Below the pieces are notes generated by a model that saw only the letters and a program-made list of their open reading frames with translations, was not told the DNA's origin and made no database searches. Of a DNA stretch of 34,451 nt, positions 1-9,355 are shown one piece after another (position 1 is the first letter of the stretch; every line of letters starts with the position of its first letter). This DNA is from Steroidobacteraceae bacterium (lineage in GTDB: Bacteria > Pseudomonadota > Gammaproteobacteria > Steroidobacterales > Steroidobacteraceae), in NCBI GenBank assembly GCA_035571575.1, contig DATNCK010000363.1, forward strand, positions 1 through 34,451, read 5' to 3'. Position numbers and translations under genes: made by a program.

Positions 1-2387
1 AAGGCATCGCTGGCCACTACCTGGGTCACGAGAGAGGCGAAGCGGTAGTTGTCCTTCGCGGCATTGCGCACCATCGCGCGCACCACGGGCATGTCACGGT
101 AGTCCACGGGTCGGCCCAGCGCATAAGCCATCAGCTGTTCGGTGACGGTCTGCACGAACTGCTGCGGACGCGCGGCCAGTGCACGCCGCAGATCGTCGGG
201 TCCCGACAGCTTGGTGCCATCCGGCAGCACGCCGGCGGTGTCCACCGCGCCGCCGGTGTCGGTATCGCGTGCACGGAACTGACCCACGGTGTCGAAGTTC
301 TCCAGCGCAAAGCCCAGCGGATCCATGACGCCGTGACAGGCGAAGCAGGCGGGATTCTTGCTGTGCTGCTCGAAGCGTTCGCGCACCGTGGCGGGCTTGC
401 CGCGCACTTCATCCTTGAGGATGCCGACATTGGGCGGAGGCTGCGCGGGCGGTGTGCCCAGCATGCGCTCGAGGATCCACGCGCCGCGCAACACGGGCGC
501 AGTGCGATTCGGATAAGCCGTCACCATCAGCACCGCACCCTTGCCGAGAAGGCCGTGGCGGCGTGTGTCTTTGAGCGTGACGCGCTGGAATTGCCCACCC
601 TTCACGCTCTCGATGCCATACAGCATGGCCAGCGTCTCGTTGATATAGGTGTAGTCGGCGGTGAGCAGCGTGGTGACTGGCTGGTCACTGCGCAGCACGC
701 TGTCCATGAACAGCGCGAGTTCGCGCTTCATCAGCGGGCGCGGATCGAGCGTGCCGCTGGCATTGGGGAACAGGCGCGCATCGGGCTCGATCTCATCGAG
801 CTTCGCCATGTTGAGCCACTGGAAACCGAAATCGCGCGTCAGCGATTCGGCACGCGGATCGGACAACATGCGGCGCACCTGGGCGTCGAGTGCAGCGGGT
901 TTGTTCAGATCCCCCCGCAGCGCCGCTGCGAGCAGCGCATCGTCCGGAATGCTGCCCCACAGGAAGAAGGAAAGTCGCGAGGCCAGCTCGACATCGCTGA
1001 GGGTGCGCGTACCCGCGGCGTCGCCACCCTCGATGCGGTACAGAAAGTATGGGCTCGCCAGAATCGCTGCGAGGGCATCGCGCACGCCGGTTTCGAAGTC
1101 CGCGGACTTGCGGCCTTCGGTATAGAACGCCAACAACGGCTGCAGCAGCGCATCGTTCATCGGTCGGCGGAAAGCGCGCTGCGCCAGTGTGTTCACGATC
1201 TGCCGCGCGCAGGCGGCTTCTTCTGCAGCCTGCGAGGGATGACAGGTGAAGATCATCCGCCGCGCGACCGAATCCTGTACGGCATCTACCTTCAGTGGTC
1301 CGCGCACCTGCAGCGCGGAGAGGAATGCCTGACGCACCTCGCCACCTTCCGGTGGATCGGAGGCAAAACGCTCTTCGCTTTCGATGTTGGCACGCTGAAC
1401 GAAGGTCACGGCGATGGTGTGCTGGCCGGCCGGCGCCACGAAGCGGATGTCACGCAGCCGCGTGTTGATCTCCTCGACTGCCTTTTCCTGCGTCTGGTCG
1501 ATGGCCTTCTGGTCCTGCTCGCCGCCAACGGCCGTGCGATAGAACTCCTTGCCATCGAGCAGCGCCACCACAGTGTTGCCGAACTCCATGCGCGGAATCG
1601 CGCGGCCCGAGGCCAGATCACCGATGGTCAGGGCGTATTCGCCCGCGGCCGGAAAGTAGTGCCTGAAGCTGATGCCGCCGCGCGTGCCGAAGGGCATGCC
1701 TTCCTTATAGAGGAGCTGCGAGCCGGAACCATCGAGGCCCTCGGCCGCCAGCGCAATGACCATGTCGGCGAGAGTGCCGTAGGTAGTGGCCACGGGACGC
1801 GCCCTGGTGTTGCCCACGGCCTGCAGCGCCACGGTGCGAGCGGCCGAGAGATACTGATCCAGGTACGAGGGCGAGACCTGCAGATGCGCGGCGTCGTTGT
1901 CGAAGCCTTCCTTGCGCTGGTCGTTGGGCAGCAGCGCAGTCGCATCCACCTCGAGACCGATGAGATCACGTACGGCGTTGGCGTACTCGCGCTGATTCAG
2001 GCGTCGCAGCGGCACGCGGCCCGGTTGCTGAGTCACCTGCGCCGCATCCAGCCGGGTTTCGAGATAGCGCACCATCTCGTTGACGGTCTGGTTGTCGGGT
2101 CGCGACTTCGCGCTGGGCGGCGGCATGAAGCCGGCGCGAAGTTTGCGAACCGCCGCTTCCCAGACCTTGGCCTGGCTGCCCACATCATCGAAGGACATGG
2201 TGTCGAAGGCGGTACCGCCCGCCCAGTCGGTGGTGTTGTGACAGTCGACGCAGTACTTTTCGATGACACCCCAGCGGGTGTGGGCCTCGTCGGCGGGCCG
2301 TGCGGCATCGGCGGCAAACGCGGTTGCCGACAGCGCCATTGCGGCGCCGCTGAAGATGGCCCAGTTGTGGAAAAGCCCCCGAATCAT
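1..2387 (-). CDS. DUF1587/DUF1592/DUF1588/DUF1585-family secreted protein with an N-terminal cytochrome-c-type CxxCH motif (3' end cut by the window edge)
   Basis: Absent from the supplied ORF track because it runs off the left edge. The reverse complement from ATG at 2387-2385 reads MIRGLFHNWAIFSGAAMALSATAFAADAARPADEAHTRWGVIEKYCVDCHNTTDW (signal-peptide-like N-terminus, CVDCH). It continues with PLRRLNQREYANAVRDLIGLEVDA (DUF1587-type signature). Near positions 330-3 it reads LGFALENFDTVGQFRARD...LMAYALGRPVDYRD...NYRFASLVTQVVASDA (DUF1588/1585-type C-terminus). I read the frame codon by codon and saw no TTA/CTA/TCA at codon-aligned plus-strand positions, so it is open to position 3. Confidence 0.85.
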   Translation of the reverse strand, partial: MIRGLFHNWAIFSGAAMALSATAFAADAARPADEAHTRWGVIEKYCVDCHNTTDWAGGTAFDTMSFDDVGSQAKVWEAAVRKLRAGFMPPPSAKSRPDNQTVNEMVRYLETRLDAAQVTQQPGRVPLRRLNQREYANAVRDLIGLEVDATALLPNDQRKEGFDNDAAHLQVSPSYLDQYLSAARTVALQAVGNTRARPVATTYGTLADMVIALAAEGLDGSGSQLLYKEGMPFGTRGGISFRHYFPAAGEYALTIGDLASGRAIPRMEFGNTVVALLDGKEFYRTAVGGEQDQKAIDQTQEKAVEEINTRLRDIRFVAPAGQHTIAVTFVQRANIESEERFASDPPEGGEVRQAFLSALQVRGPLKVDAVQDSVARRMIFTCHPSQAAEEAACARQIVNTLAQRAFRRPMNDALLQPLLAFYTEGRKSADFETGVRDALAAILASPYFLYRIEGGDAAGTRTLSDVELASRLSFFLWGSIPDDALLAAALRGDLNKPAALDAQVRRMLSDPRAESLTRDFGFQWLNMAKLDEIEPDARLFPNASGTLDPRPLMKRELALFMDSVLRSDQPVTTLLTADYTYINETLAMLYGIESVKGGQFQRVTLKDTRRHGLLGKGAVLMVTAYPNRTAPVLRGAWILERMLGTPPAQPPPNVGILKDEVRGKPATVRERFEQHSKNPACFACHGVMDPLGFALENFDTVGQFRARDTDTGGAVDTAGVLPDGTKLSGPDDLRRALAARPQQFVQTVTEQLMAYALGRPVDYRDMPVVRAMVRNAAKDNYRFASLVTQVVASDA

Positions 2388-2449
2388 CCTGACGAGCCTA
2401 AAGCTGCGACTGGTATGAGGCAACACGCGGGTGAAGGGCAGCCGGCCGT

Positions 2450-2470
2450 GGTGGTGGTGCCACCACTACC
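2450..2470 (-). terminator. Candidate stem-loop downstream of the kinase/GGDEF gene
   Basis: GGTGGTGGTG-C-CACCACTACC. The core GTGGTG/CACCAC palindrome is at 2454-2466, extended by three more pairs plus a G.U. It lies 16 nt past the stop codon at 2486-2488. There is no U-tract, so intrinsic termination is uncertain. Confidence 0.3.
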
Positions 2471-2485
2471 TGCGGTGGAACCCGG

Positions 2486-5400
2486 CTAGTCGCTGATATC
2501 GTGTTCCGCACGCACGCCTTCGACGCGGTTACGGCCCGTGCCCTTGGCGTGGTACAGCGCCTCGTCGGCCAGGTGCACCAGTTTCGCGGCTTCGTCCCCG
2601 GAGCGCGGCATCATGGCCGCCACGCCGATGCTCAGTGTCACCACATCGTGCGAGGAGCCGGCATGCGCAATGGCCTGCGCCTGCACCAGCGCGCGGGCGC
2701 GTTCGGCCACATGCAGCGCGGCCTCCAGATCCGAGCGCGGCAGCACCAGCGCGAATTCCTCGCCGCCATAGCGCGCCACGAGATCGGAGTCGCGGGCGCT
2801 CTCGCGCAGCAGCGCGCCGATCTTGGCCAGGCATTCATCGCCGGCCTGGTGGCCATAGCGATCGTTGAAGAGCTTGAAGTGATCGACGTCGATCATCGCC
2901 ACAGCCACTTGGGTGCCGCGGCGCGCGGCCTCGGCAACCAGGCGTGGCAGTTCGGCGTCGAGACGCCGGCGGTTCGCAAGACCGGTGAGCGCATCGGTTT
3001 CGGAGAGCCTGGTCAGTCGCTCGTTGTCCTCGTCCAGATGCGCCACACGCTGCGCCACGCGGCGTTCGATGGATTCGGCCAGCAGCGCGTTTTCGAGCGA
3101 CGCGGCCAGCTGTCCGGCGATGAGCATGACGCCATCGAGCCGCGATTCCACGAACATGCCCTGCGCCTTGCGGTTCTCGAGCACCAGCATGGCCTTCAAC
3201 ATGCCGCGGCTGAGCACGGGCACGATCATCAGCGAGCAGCGCTGCAGGCCGGTGAAATAGGGATCGCGGCGGAAGCGCTCATCGGTGAGCGCATCATCCA
3301 CCACCAGCGGCTCACGCGTGCGCTGTGCGTAGCGGAATGCCGTCGACGGCAACAGTCTTTCCTGCACGGCCTGCTCGAAGGGCACCTGGCGACGCTCGCC
3401 CTCGTGCTTCTCGTCGGCGAACCAGGTGCGGGTGTCCTCGCTCCACAGCGCCAGGCGCACGGAGGTGGCGCCGGAAAGCGCGCTGACCACGGTGCTGACG
3501 TTGTCGAGCAGCTTGTCGGGATCGGTTTCGGACTGCAGCGCCTGCGCGGCTTTGAGTATGGCGAGCAGGTCGATCTCGCCGCCATGCGTCGATCCGCTGC
3601 GATGCGAGCCGGGACGACGCGTGCCCTTGCTGCCATCGTTCGAATCATCGTCGAGGCCCGGGCCCATGGCAGCGCACTTGGCCTGCGCACCCCAGGCCGC
3701 GTATTCGGCCCGCGCCCGCTGCTGCAGCAGATTGGCCGTGCGCGGCACGTTATAGGCCTGCCGGCAGCGTGCCGACTGTTCCAGTATCACGCCCCGCTGC
3801 CAGAAGCGTGGACGTTCGGAGGCCAGCTGCCAGGCGGCATCGTAGGCCTGCGCCGCAGCTTGGAAGTCACCATTCACCCAGGCCCGCTCGGCTTCGACCA
3901 GCTTGAGCAGATGCTGGAAATTGGCGGGACAGTCGGCGGCGCGGCCGGCGATCCAGTCGTGCTGGTAGTTCAGCTGACGGATCAGCGCATCGCGCTCGGC
4001 TCCCGTGGCCGCGCGTGCGCGGTGCGCGATGGCCAGCGCCTGCAGAATGTGGCCGGTACTCATGAACCAGGTGGCGCTGGTGTAGCGCGCCACGGGCGCC
4101 AGCGCATCCATCTGCGCCACGAAGGTATCGAAGTCGCCTGCGATCAACGCGGCCAGTGCACGCAGGATGCGGTAGTTCGAGAGGCCGACGGGATTGGCCG
4201 CCAGCCGCTGCACATGCTCGGTCTCGTCGAAGCCATCGTCCGAGAAGGTGTTCAGTGCATCGGTGCCGCCGCGCAGACAACGCGCGAACTGGCGGTAAGA
4301 ATGGAAGGTGGCGCCGGCCTGTTCATTGCCGATGCGGCGCGTGGAATCCACGGCCGTGCTGGCGGCCATCTCCAGCTCATCGAGCGAAGAGGCGCAGTCC
4401 ACCAGGTTCTTCAGCAGGCTGTTGTAGACACCGTAGCCGAAGTGCAGCTCGCCGGCGCGCAGCAGCAGCTCCTGCGCGCTGCGTGCTTCGGCCACGCCCT
4501 GCTCCAGCGGATGCATCCAGTGCGAGCCGCTCAATGCATAGGTGAAACGTGCCTGCGCGCCATCGAGTTCGTAGTTGCGCGCGGTGGCCACTTCCAGCAC
4601 GCGCGCGACGATGTCATGGCCGCCGCGATAATCGTCGCGGAATTCCACGGTGACGAAGGCGCTGTGGCTGAGCGGCCCGATCAGCGCCGCGGCAGCGCCC
4701 TGCGTGCGCCACAGCCTTGCGGCCGCCGCGATCAGCCATGCCAGCATCAGATGGTCGCTGTAGAACGCCGGCGGCATGCAGCGGTTGATGGTGCGCGCAA
4801 TGGCCTGCGCATGCGGATCGCGGCACTCGGCCTGCGCGACATGCGTCTCGGCCGGCTCGCGCCCCCAGGCATACAGCTCGTCGATGTCGGTCTCGACGGC
4901 GGCCTCGAAAGCTTCATGATCGGCCGGCACTGGCAGGCCCAGGTCGCGCAGCAGGTCGAGGCCCAGGCGCACCGCATCACCGGGGCGATCGCGCTGCGTG
5001 AGACTGGTGATCTGGATCAGGCTGGCATCGGCGCGCTGCAGGGCGTCGCTGGCAACGGGCAGAATGATGTCGCGGTAGACGGCATCGGCATCGGCGAGCC
5101 GGCCCATGCCGTACAGGGCGGCATGGTGATCGGTCGCCAGTCGCAGCCGCAGTTCGCGCACCGCCTCGGGCTCGAGGCGCGATGCGCCACGCACCAGCAG
5201 TGTGAGACCTTCGCGCGCGTAGCGTTCGATCTGCGCCCAGTTCACCGCCAGACGCGCCTGCGCAGCGGCGCCACGGAACAGCGTCACCACATGCGCACAT
5301 TCGCTGGCGTCGTTCAGGCGATCTACCACCTGCAGATAGATTTCCGCGGCCACGCCGGCGTGCTCGGGCACCTTGGCCAGCCGCCGCGCCACCTGCAGCT

Positions 5401-7528
5401 GCAGTCCAGCGCGCTCTTCGGCGTTGAGACGCGAGACCAGCGACTGCAGCACGCGATCGTGGCGGAACTGCACGGCGTCCTGGGCGCTGTCGCGCACCAG
5501 CAGCCCTTCATGCAGTGCCGGCGCCAGCTGTTCGTCGATCAACAATTCAGGAACATCACTGGCCACGGCCAGGCGCGCCAATGGCACCACGCCACCGACG
5601 CAGGCCATGGCATCGAGCAGCCAGGTGGTTTCGGCCGGAATGCCTTCGAGCCGCTGCGCGACCAGCGCATCGACATTGCGGCCTTCCAGATGCTGGTGGA
5701 TGCGATCCCCGTCCCAGCGCCAGCCCTGCGTCTCGAGCAGCAGGATGCCGTCGCGACGCAGCGAGTCGATGAGTTCCAGCGTGTCGAAAGGATTACCGCC
5801 GGTGAGCGGACGCACCGCTTCACTCAGCGAGCGCGCATCATCGGGCGACAGGCGCAGGCACTCGGCCAGCATTTCCACCAGCGCCGTGGGGCGCAGGTTT
5901 TCCAGATGCAGTTCGCGCGGTGCGAGGCCCAGGCGCTTCCAGCGCGCGATCAGCGTGCGCAGCGGATGCGTGGCATCCACTTCGCTGTGACGGTAGGAGG
6001 CGAGGATGAGCACGCCACGCATGTCCTCGTCGAGATGCACGGCATCGAGCATGTCGAGCGCGGTGCGCGGCGCCCACTGCAGGTCATCGATGACCAGCAC
6101 GATGGGACGGCCCGGCTGCGCCAGCGTGCGCAGCAGCAGCTGCGTGATCTGCTGCAGGCTGGCGCGGGTCTGGCGCGCGGCAGCCGGCGCCACGGTCTGC
6201 GGATCCAGCTGCAGCAGATGCGCCACTTCGGGCAGCAGCGCGCCGGCCAGCGGGGCATTCATGCCCAGCGCGGTACGCAGACGTTCGCGCAGGCCGGCGA
6301 GTTCGGATTCAGGTTCGGCCAGCAGCAGCCGCAGCACGGCGCGCAGTGCCTGGCGTACGCCATCGGCCTCGCCATCCTGCTGCAGCACATCGAACTTGCC
6401 GGCGGCATACAAGCCGCCCGCAGGCGTGACCCAGCCACGCACATCATCCATCAGCGCGCTCTTGCCCACGCCGGGCGCGCCGCTGACCAGCACCATGGCG
6501 CAGGCGCCGTGGGCTACTTCATCGAACTGGCGGCGCAGTGTGTGCAGTTCGCTCTCGCGACCCAGCAGCCGTGAGGGCGGACGCAGCCGCGCCGGGAAAT
6601 CACGTTCGCCGAGCTTGAACTCCGCGCTGCTGTCGGCGCTCCACAGTTCGTAGGCCTTGGTCAGATCGAACACCAGACCGTCGGCGCTCTGGTAGCGCGC
6701 GTCGGGTTCTTTCTCGAGCAGGCGCATCACGATGCGCGACAGATTGCGCGGCACGTTCGCATCCACCACATCGGGCGCCAGCGGCGCGCGTGCCAGATGA
6801 TCGTGCACCAGCTTCAGCGGATCATCGCCCTCGAAGGGAGGCCGACCGGTGGCAGCTGCGTACAGTGTCGCACCGAGAGAGTAGAGATCCGCACGCGCAT
6901 CCAGCGCGCGTCCGGTGCGACCCGTCTGCTCCGGCGCCATGTAGGGCAGCGTGCCGGAGAGTTCGGTCAGATGTTTGAAGGCCAGGCGTTCTTCGGCGAA
7001 CACACTGGCCAGGTCGAAGTCGATGAGCCAGGCTTCGAGCGGCGCCACGCCCACGACCACGTTGGCGGGATTGATGTCCTTGTGCACCACGCCGCGCCGA
7101 TGCACTTCGGCGGTGATGCGCGCCAGTGCCAGGGCCAGGCGCAGTACCTCACCGGTTTCGAGGCGACGCGTCGCCAGCAAGGTCGACAGCGAGACGCCGC
7201 CGGCATCGGCGAACACCAGTGAATTCTGTGCAAGCGGGTCTTCGACCGGTGCGAGTACGCCATGCACGCCGGTGAGCCGCGCCAGCATGGCGCGCTCGTG
7301 ACGCAGACGGTCGCCCGCTCCCGGCCCCAGAGGCTGCTTCAGTATCTGCACGCCTTCGGGCGCGGAGCGTCTCGTCACGCGCGTGCGCGTGGTCTGGTAC
7401 AGCGTTTCTGCGGGTCCGTCCGGAATGGTGCGCGACAAGTTTTGGACGGTCGAACCCATGCCGGCATTGTTGGTCGACACGGTATTTTCCGGTATCGAAC
7501 ACCTCTCAATATGACATGTGTGCTGCAA
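2486..7528 (-). CDS. Multidomain signalling protein: protein-kinase-like domain, AAA_16/STAND-type NTPase, long helical (TPR-like) region, GAF, GGDEF diguanylate cyclase
   Basis: 1680-aa ORF. Kinase-like motifs: VQILK lysine, HKDINPAN catalytic loop (7061-7084), DFD (7013-7021), YMAPEQ. NTPase motifs: Walker A GAPGVGKS (6458-6481) and Walker B VLVIDDLQWA. A helical region of about 750 aa follows. The C-terminal GGDEF domain has GGEEF at 2753-2767 and RDSD (RxxD I-site) exactly five residues upstream. The track start is TTG at 7528 with no SD. In-frame GTG at 7480 or ATG at 7459 are alternative starts. Confidence 0.9.
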   Translation of the reverse strand: MQHTCHIERCSIPENTVSTNNAGMGSTVQNLSRTIPDGPAETLYQTTRTRVTRRSAPEGVQILKQPLGPGAGDRLRHERAMLARLTGVHGVLAPVEDPLAQNSLVFADAGGVSLSTLLATRRLETGEVLRLALALARITAEVHRRGVVHKDINPANVVVGVAPLEAWLIDFDLASVFAEERLAFKHLTELSGTLPYMAPEQTGRTGRALDARADLYSLGATLYAAATGRPPFEGDDPLKLVHDHLARAPLAPDVVDANVPRNLSRIVMRLLEKEPDARYQSADGLVFDLTKAYELWSADSSAEFKLGERDFPARLRPPSRLLGRESELHTLRRQFDEVAHGACAMVLVSGAPGVGKSALMDDVRGWVTPAGGLYAAGKFDVLQQDGEADGVRQALRAVLRLLLAEPESELAGLRERLRTALGMNAPLAGALLPEVAHLLQLDPQTVAPAAARQTRASLQQITQLLLRTLAQPGRPIVLVIDDLQWAPRTALDMLDAVHLDEDMRGVLILASYRHSEVDATHPLRTLIARWKRLGLAPRELHLENLRPTALVEMLAECLRLSPDDARSLSEAVRPLTGGNPFDTLELIDSLRRDGILLLETQGWRWDGDRIHQHLEGRNVDALVAQRLEGIPAETTWLLDAMACVGGVVPLARLAVASDVPELLIDEQLAPALHEGLLVRDSAQDAVQFRHDRVLQSLVSRLNAEERAGLQLQVARRLAKVPEHAGVAAEIYLQVVDRLNDASECAHVVTLFRGAAAQARLAVNWAQIERYAREGLTLLVRGASRLEPEAVRELRLRLATDHHAALYGMGRLADADAVYRDIILPVASDALQRADASLIQITSLTQRDRPGDAVRLGLDLLRDLGLPVPADHEAFEAAVETDIDELYAWGREPAETHVAQAECRDPHAQAIARTINRCMPPAFYSDHLMLAWLIAAAARLWRTQGAAAALIGPLSHSAFVTVEFRDDYRGGHDIVARVLEVATARNYELDGAQARFTYALSGSHWMHPLEQGVAEARSAQELLLRAGELHFGYGVYNSLLKNLVDCASSLDELEMAASTAVDSTRRIGNEQAGATFHSYRQFARCLRGGTDALNTFSDDGFDETEHVQRLAANPVGLSNYRILRALAALIAGDFDTFVAQMDALAPVARYTSATWFMSTGHILQALAIAHRARAATGAERDALIRQLNYQHDWIAGRAADCPANFQHLLKLVEAERAWVNGDFQAAAQAYDAAWQLASERPRFWQRGVILEQSARCRQAYNVPRTANLLQQRARAEYAAWGAQAKCAAMGPGLDDDSNDGSKGTRRPGSHRSGSTHGGEIDLLAILKAAQALQSETDPDKLLDNVSTVVSALSGATSVRLALWSEDTRTWFADEKHEGERRQVPFEQAVQERLLPSTAFRYAQRTREPLVVDDALTDERFRRDPYFTGLQRCSLMIVPVLSRGMLKAMLVLENRKAQGMFVESRLDGVMLIAGQLAASLENALLAESIERRVAQRVAHLDEDNERLTRLSETDALTGLANRRRLDAELPRLVAEAARRGTQVAVAMIDVDHFKLFNDRYGHQAGDECLAKIGALLRESARDSDLVARYGGEEFALVLPRSDLEAALHVAERARALVQAQAIAHAGSSHDVVTLSIGVAAMMPRSGDEAAKLVHLADEALYHAKGTGRNRVEGVRAEHDISD

Positions 7529-7594
7529 CGCAGCGGTCGGCTGGGGCAGCGAAGCGAGTTAACATTCCGGCACAACAAATCGGGGGGAAAGACC

Positions 7595-9355
7595 ATGGCT
7601 CAATGGGACGAAACCACCGGGCGTCACATTCCTGACGACCATCTACTGACCGATGCAGAGATTGCAGGCTGCGAGCGGGCCGACACCTTCGCTCCGGGCA
7701 GCGCGACACGCATGCCGGTTCCCACGCAGCTGGTCTCCAACGGCGAATATCCGCCGCTGCCGCAGAGCGACAATCAGCGCCGCGTCGAATACCGGGTCAA
7801 CGATCTGGCTGAGACCGCCGCGCGCAAGCTGGGTGTGAGCCGGCGCACATTTTTGCTGGGCAGCGGTGGCATGGCGGCCTCGTTCCTGGCCATGAATGAA
7901 ATCTACGGTCCCTACTTCGACGTGGATCCACTGTCGCTGCTGGTGCCCGAGGCCTATGCGCAGGCCGGTCCGCCGCGCAACCTCTTCATCTTCGATGACC
8001 AGCTGCACATGGTGCGCGGCAGCCGCTATGACGCGGCCGCGCCCTTGCGCGCACTGGCACAGGGTCCCTCCTCCACCAGCTTCAAGTCGAATCCGCTCAA
8101 CTCGCGTGGCGTGAAGGATGAGCGCGGCGATACCTGGGGCGTTTGGAACCGGCAGCTCGTCGGCCTGCCGAATTCGCCCGAGAATTTCCTGATCACGCAG
8201 TTCATCAAGGATGTGTTTCTCGACAGCCAGGTGACCGTGGGATTGCTGAGCAATGTGCCGGCTGGTGTGGTGGATCCGCCGGGTGCGAAGACACCGCGCA
8301 ATATCGCCGAGGCGCAGCAGGGCGAGATTCTCACCGCTGCGCAGACCGCGGCGGCGCGCGACTTCGTGAATTCCGTGTCGGGCAGCAAGCGCATGCTGGC
8401 GCATGCATTGCTCTATGTAGGCAAGGGTAACCTCGATTACATCCGCCAGCAGGCGGAGCAGCTGAAGCCCGATTCATGGAAGGGCTACAACATCGGCACT
8501 TCGGCGAAGGTGGACAACGACCCGCTGAGTCCGATGAAGCAGTGGCGGCACGACGATGAGGCCGTGGCTTATCCCACTTTCGAGTTGATCCAGTCGCTGT
8601 ATGACAAGGTGAAGGGCGAGCGGCCGGGCTTCAACAACATCTGCGTGCACAAGGGACTGGTGGACAACATGCTGCCGCGCCCCGAAGTGGGTCATCCCTC
8701 CGATCTGCCGAAGGCTGCGAAGGACTGGCCGAAGCTCAACTTCATCACCTATCACTCCTGCATCCAGCCGGCCTTCTTCATGTACGACGCCTGGCAGCAG
8801 GCGCGCGGCACGAAGATGCGCGAAGGCGTGCCCGATATTGCCTGGACCACCGAATACGGCGTGCTGTGCCGCGATCTGCCCAACACCTATGCCGAGATCG
8901 GCACCACCTGGGCCTCGGCCATCGTCACCTTCCCCACGCTGGCCGCGCATCTGCTGGGCCAGCTGCTGAAGTTCTTCGGCCCCGATCGCGTGGTGTTCGG
9001 CTCGGATTCGGTGTGGTGGGGCTCGCCGCAGTGGCAGATCGAGGCGCTGTGGCGTTTCCAGATTCCGGAGGAGATGCAGAAGAAATACGGGTATCCCGCA
9101 TTGACCGAGGAGACCAGGCGCAAGATCCTCGGGCTGAATTCAGCGCGGCTGTACGGCATCAAGCCGGCGCGCAATCTCGATACGCAGTACAAGCCTGTGC
9201 CTCGCGATTACGCCAGCAAGATGACGCCGGAGTTGCGGCGGCTGATGGAAGTGGACAGACCTGTTGCGGATAACATGGATTTGATGCGTGAACGCTACGC
9301 CGCGGCTGGCGGCGGACCGGATCATCTGCGTTACGGGTGGGTTCGTCCGATGTAG
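7595..9355 (+). CDS. Amidohydrolase-2 (TIM-barrel metal-dependent hydrolase) family protein with a twin-arginine-like motif
   Basis: ATG at 7595 is preceded by GGGGGGAAAG (7582-7591). The C-terminal signature VVFGSDSVWWGSPQWQIEALW...RRKILGLNSARLYGI is typical of Amidohydro_2. SRRTFLLGSGGMAASFLAM (Tat-like) lies about 80 aa into this reading. An in-frame GTG at 7835 would give a classic short Tat signal instead. The track ORF start at 7262 overlaps the divergent gene and is rejected. Confidence 0.8.
   Translation: MAQWDETTGRHIPDDHLLTDAEIAGCERADTFAPGSATRMPVPTQLVSNGEYPPLPQSDNQRRVEYRVNDLAETAARKLGVSRRTFLLGSGGMAASFLAMNEIYGPYFDVDPLSLLVPEAYAQAGPPRNLFIFDDQLHMVRGSRYDAAAPLRALAQGPSSTSFKSNPLNSRGVKDERGDTWGVWNRQLVGLPNSPENFLITQFIKDVFLDSQVTVGLLSNVPAGVVDPPGAKTPRNIAEAQQGEILTAAQTAAARDFVNSVSGSKRMLAHALLYVGKGNLDYIRQQAEQLKPDSWKGYNIGTSAKVDNDPLSPMKQWRHDDEAVAYPTFELIQSLYDKVKGERPGFNNICVHKGLVDNMLPRPEVGHPSDLPKAAKDWPKLNFITYHSCIQPAFFMYDAWQQARGTKMREGVPDIAWTTEYGVLCRDLPNTYAEIGTTWASAIVTFPTLAAHLLGQLLKFFGPDRVVFGSDSVWWGSPQWQIEALWRFQIPEEMQKKYGYPALTEETRRKILGLNSARLYGIKPARNLDTQYKPVPRDYASKMTPELRRLMEVDRPVADNMDLMRERYAAAGGGPDHLRYGWVRPM

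Noticed and set aside
333-2489. 718-aa plus-strand ORF
   Set aside because: It is the codon-aligned antisense shadow of the minus-strand DUF1592-family gene. The translation is low-information (R/H/Q/E/A/G-rich), has no recognisable motifs, and overlaps the next gene's stop.
2501-6574. 1357-aa plus-strand ORF, with many nested ORFs from 2529 to 7502
   Set aside because: It is antisense to the kinase/GGDEF gene, whose translation has clear Walker, GGDEF and kinase motifs. It is a typical high-GC open antisense frame.
7262-7594. N-terminal 111-aa extension of the amidohydrolase ORF
   Set aside because: It overlaps the 5' end of the divergent kinase gene and its translation looks like antisense noise. 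A strong SD precedes the ATG at 7595.
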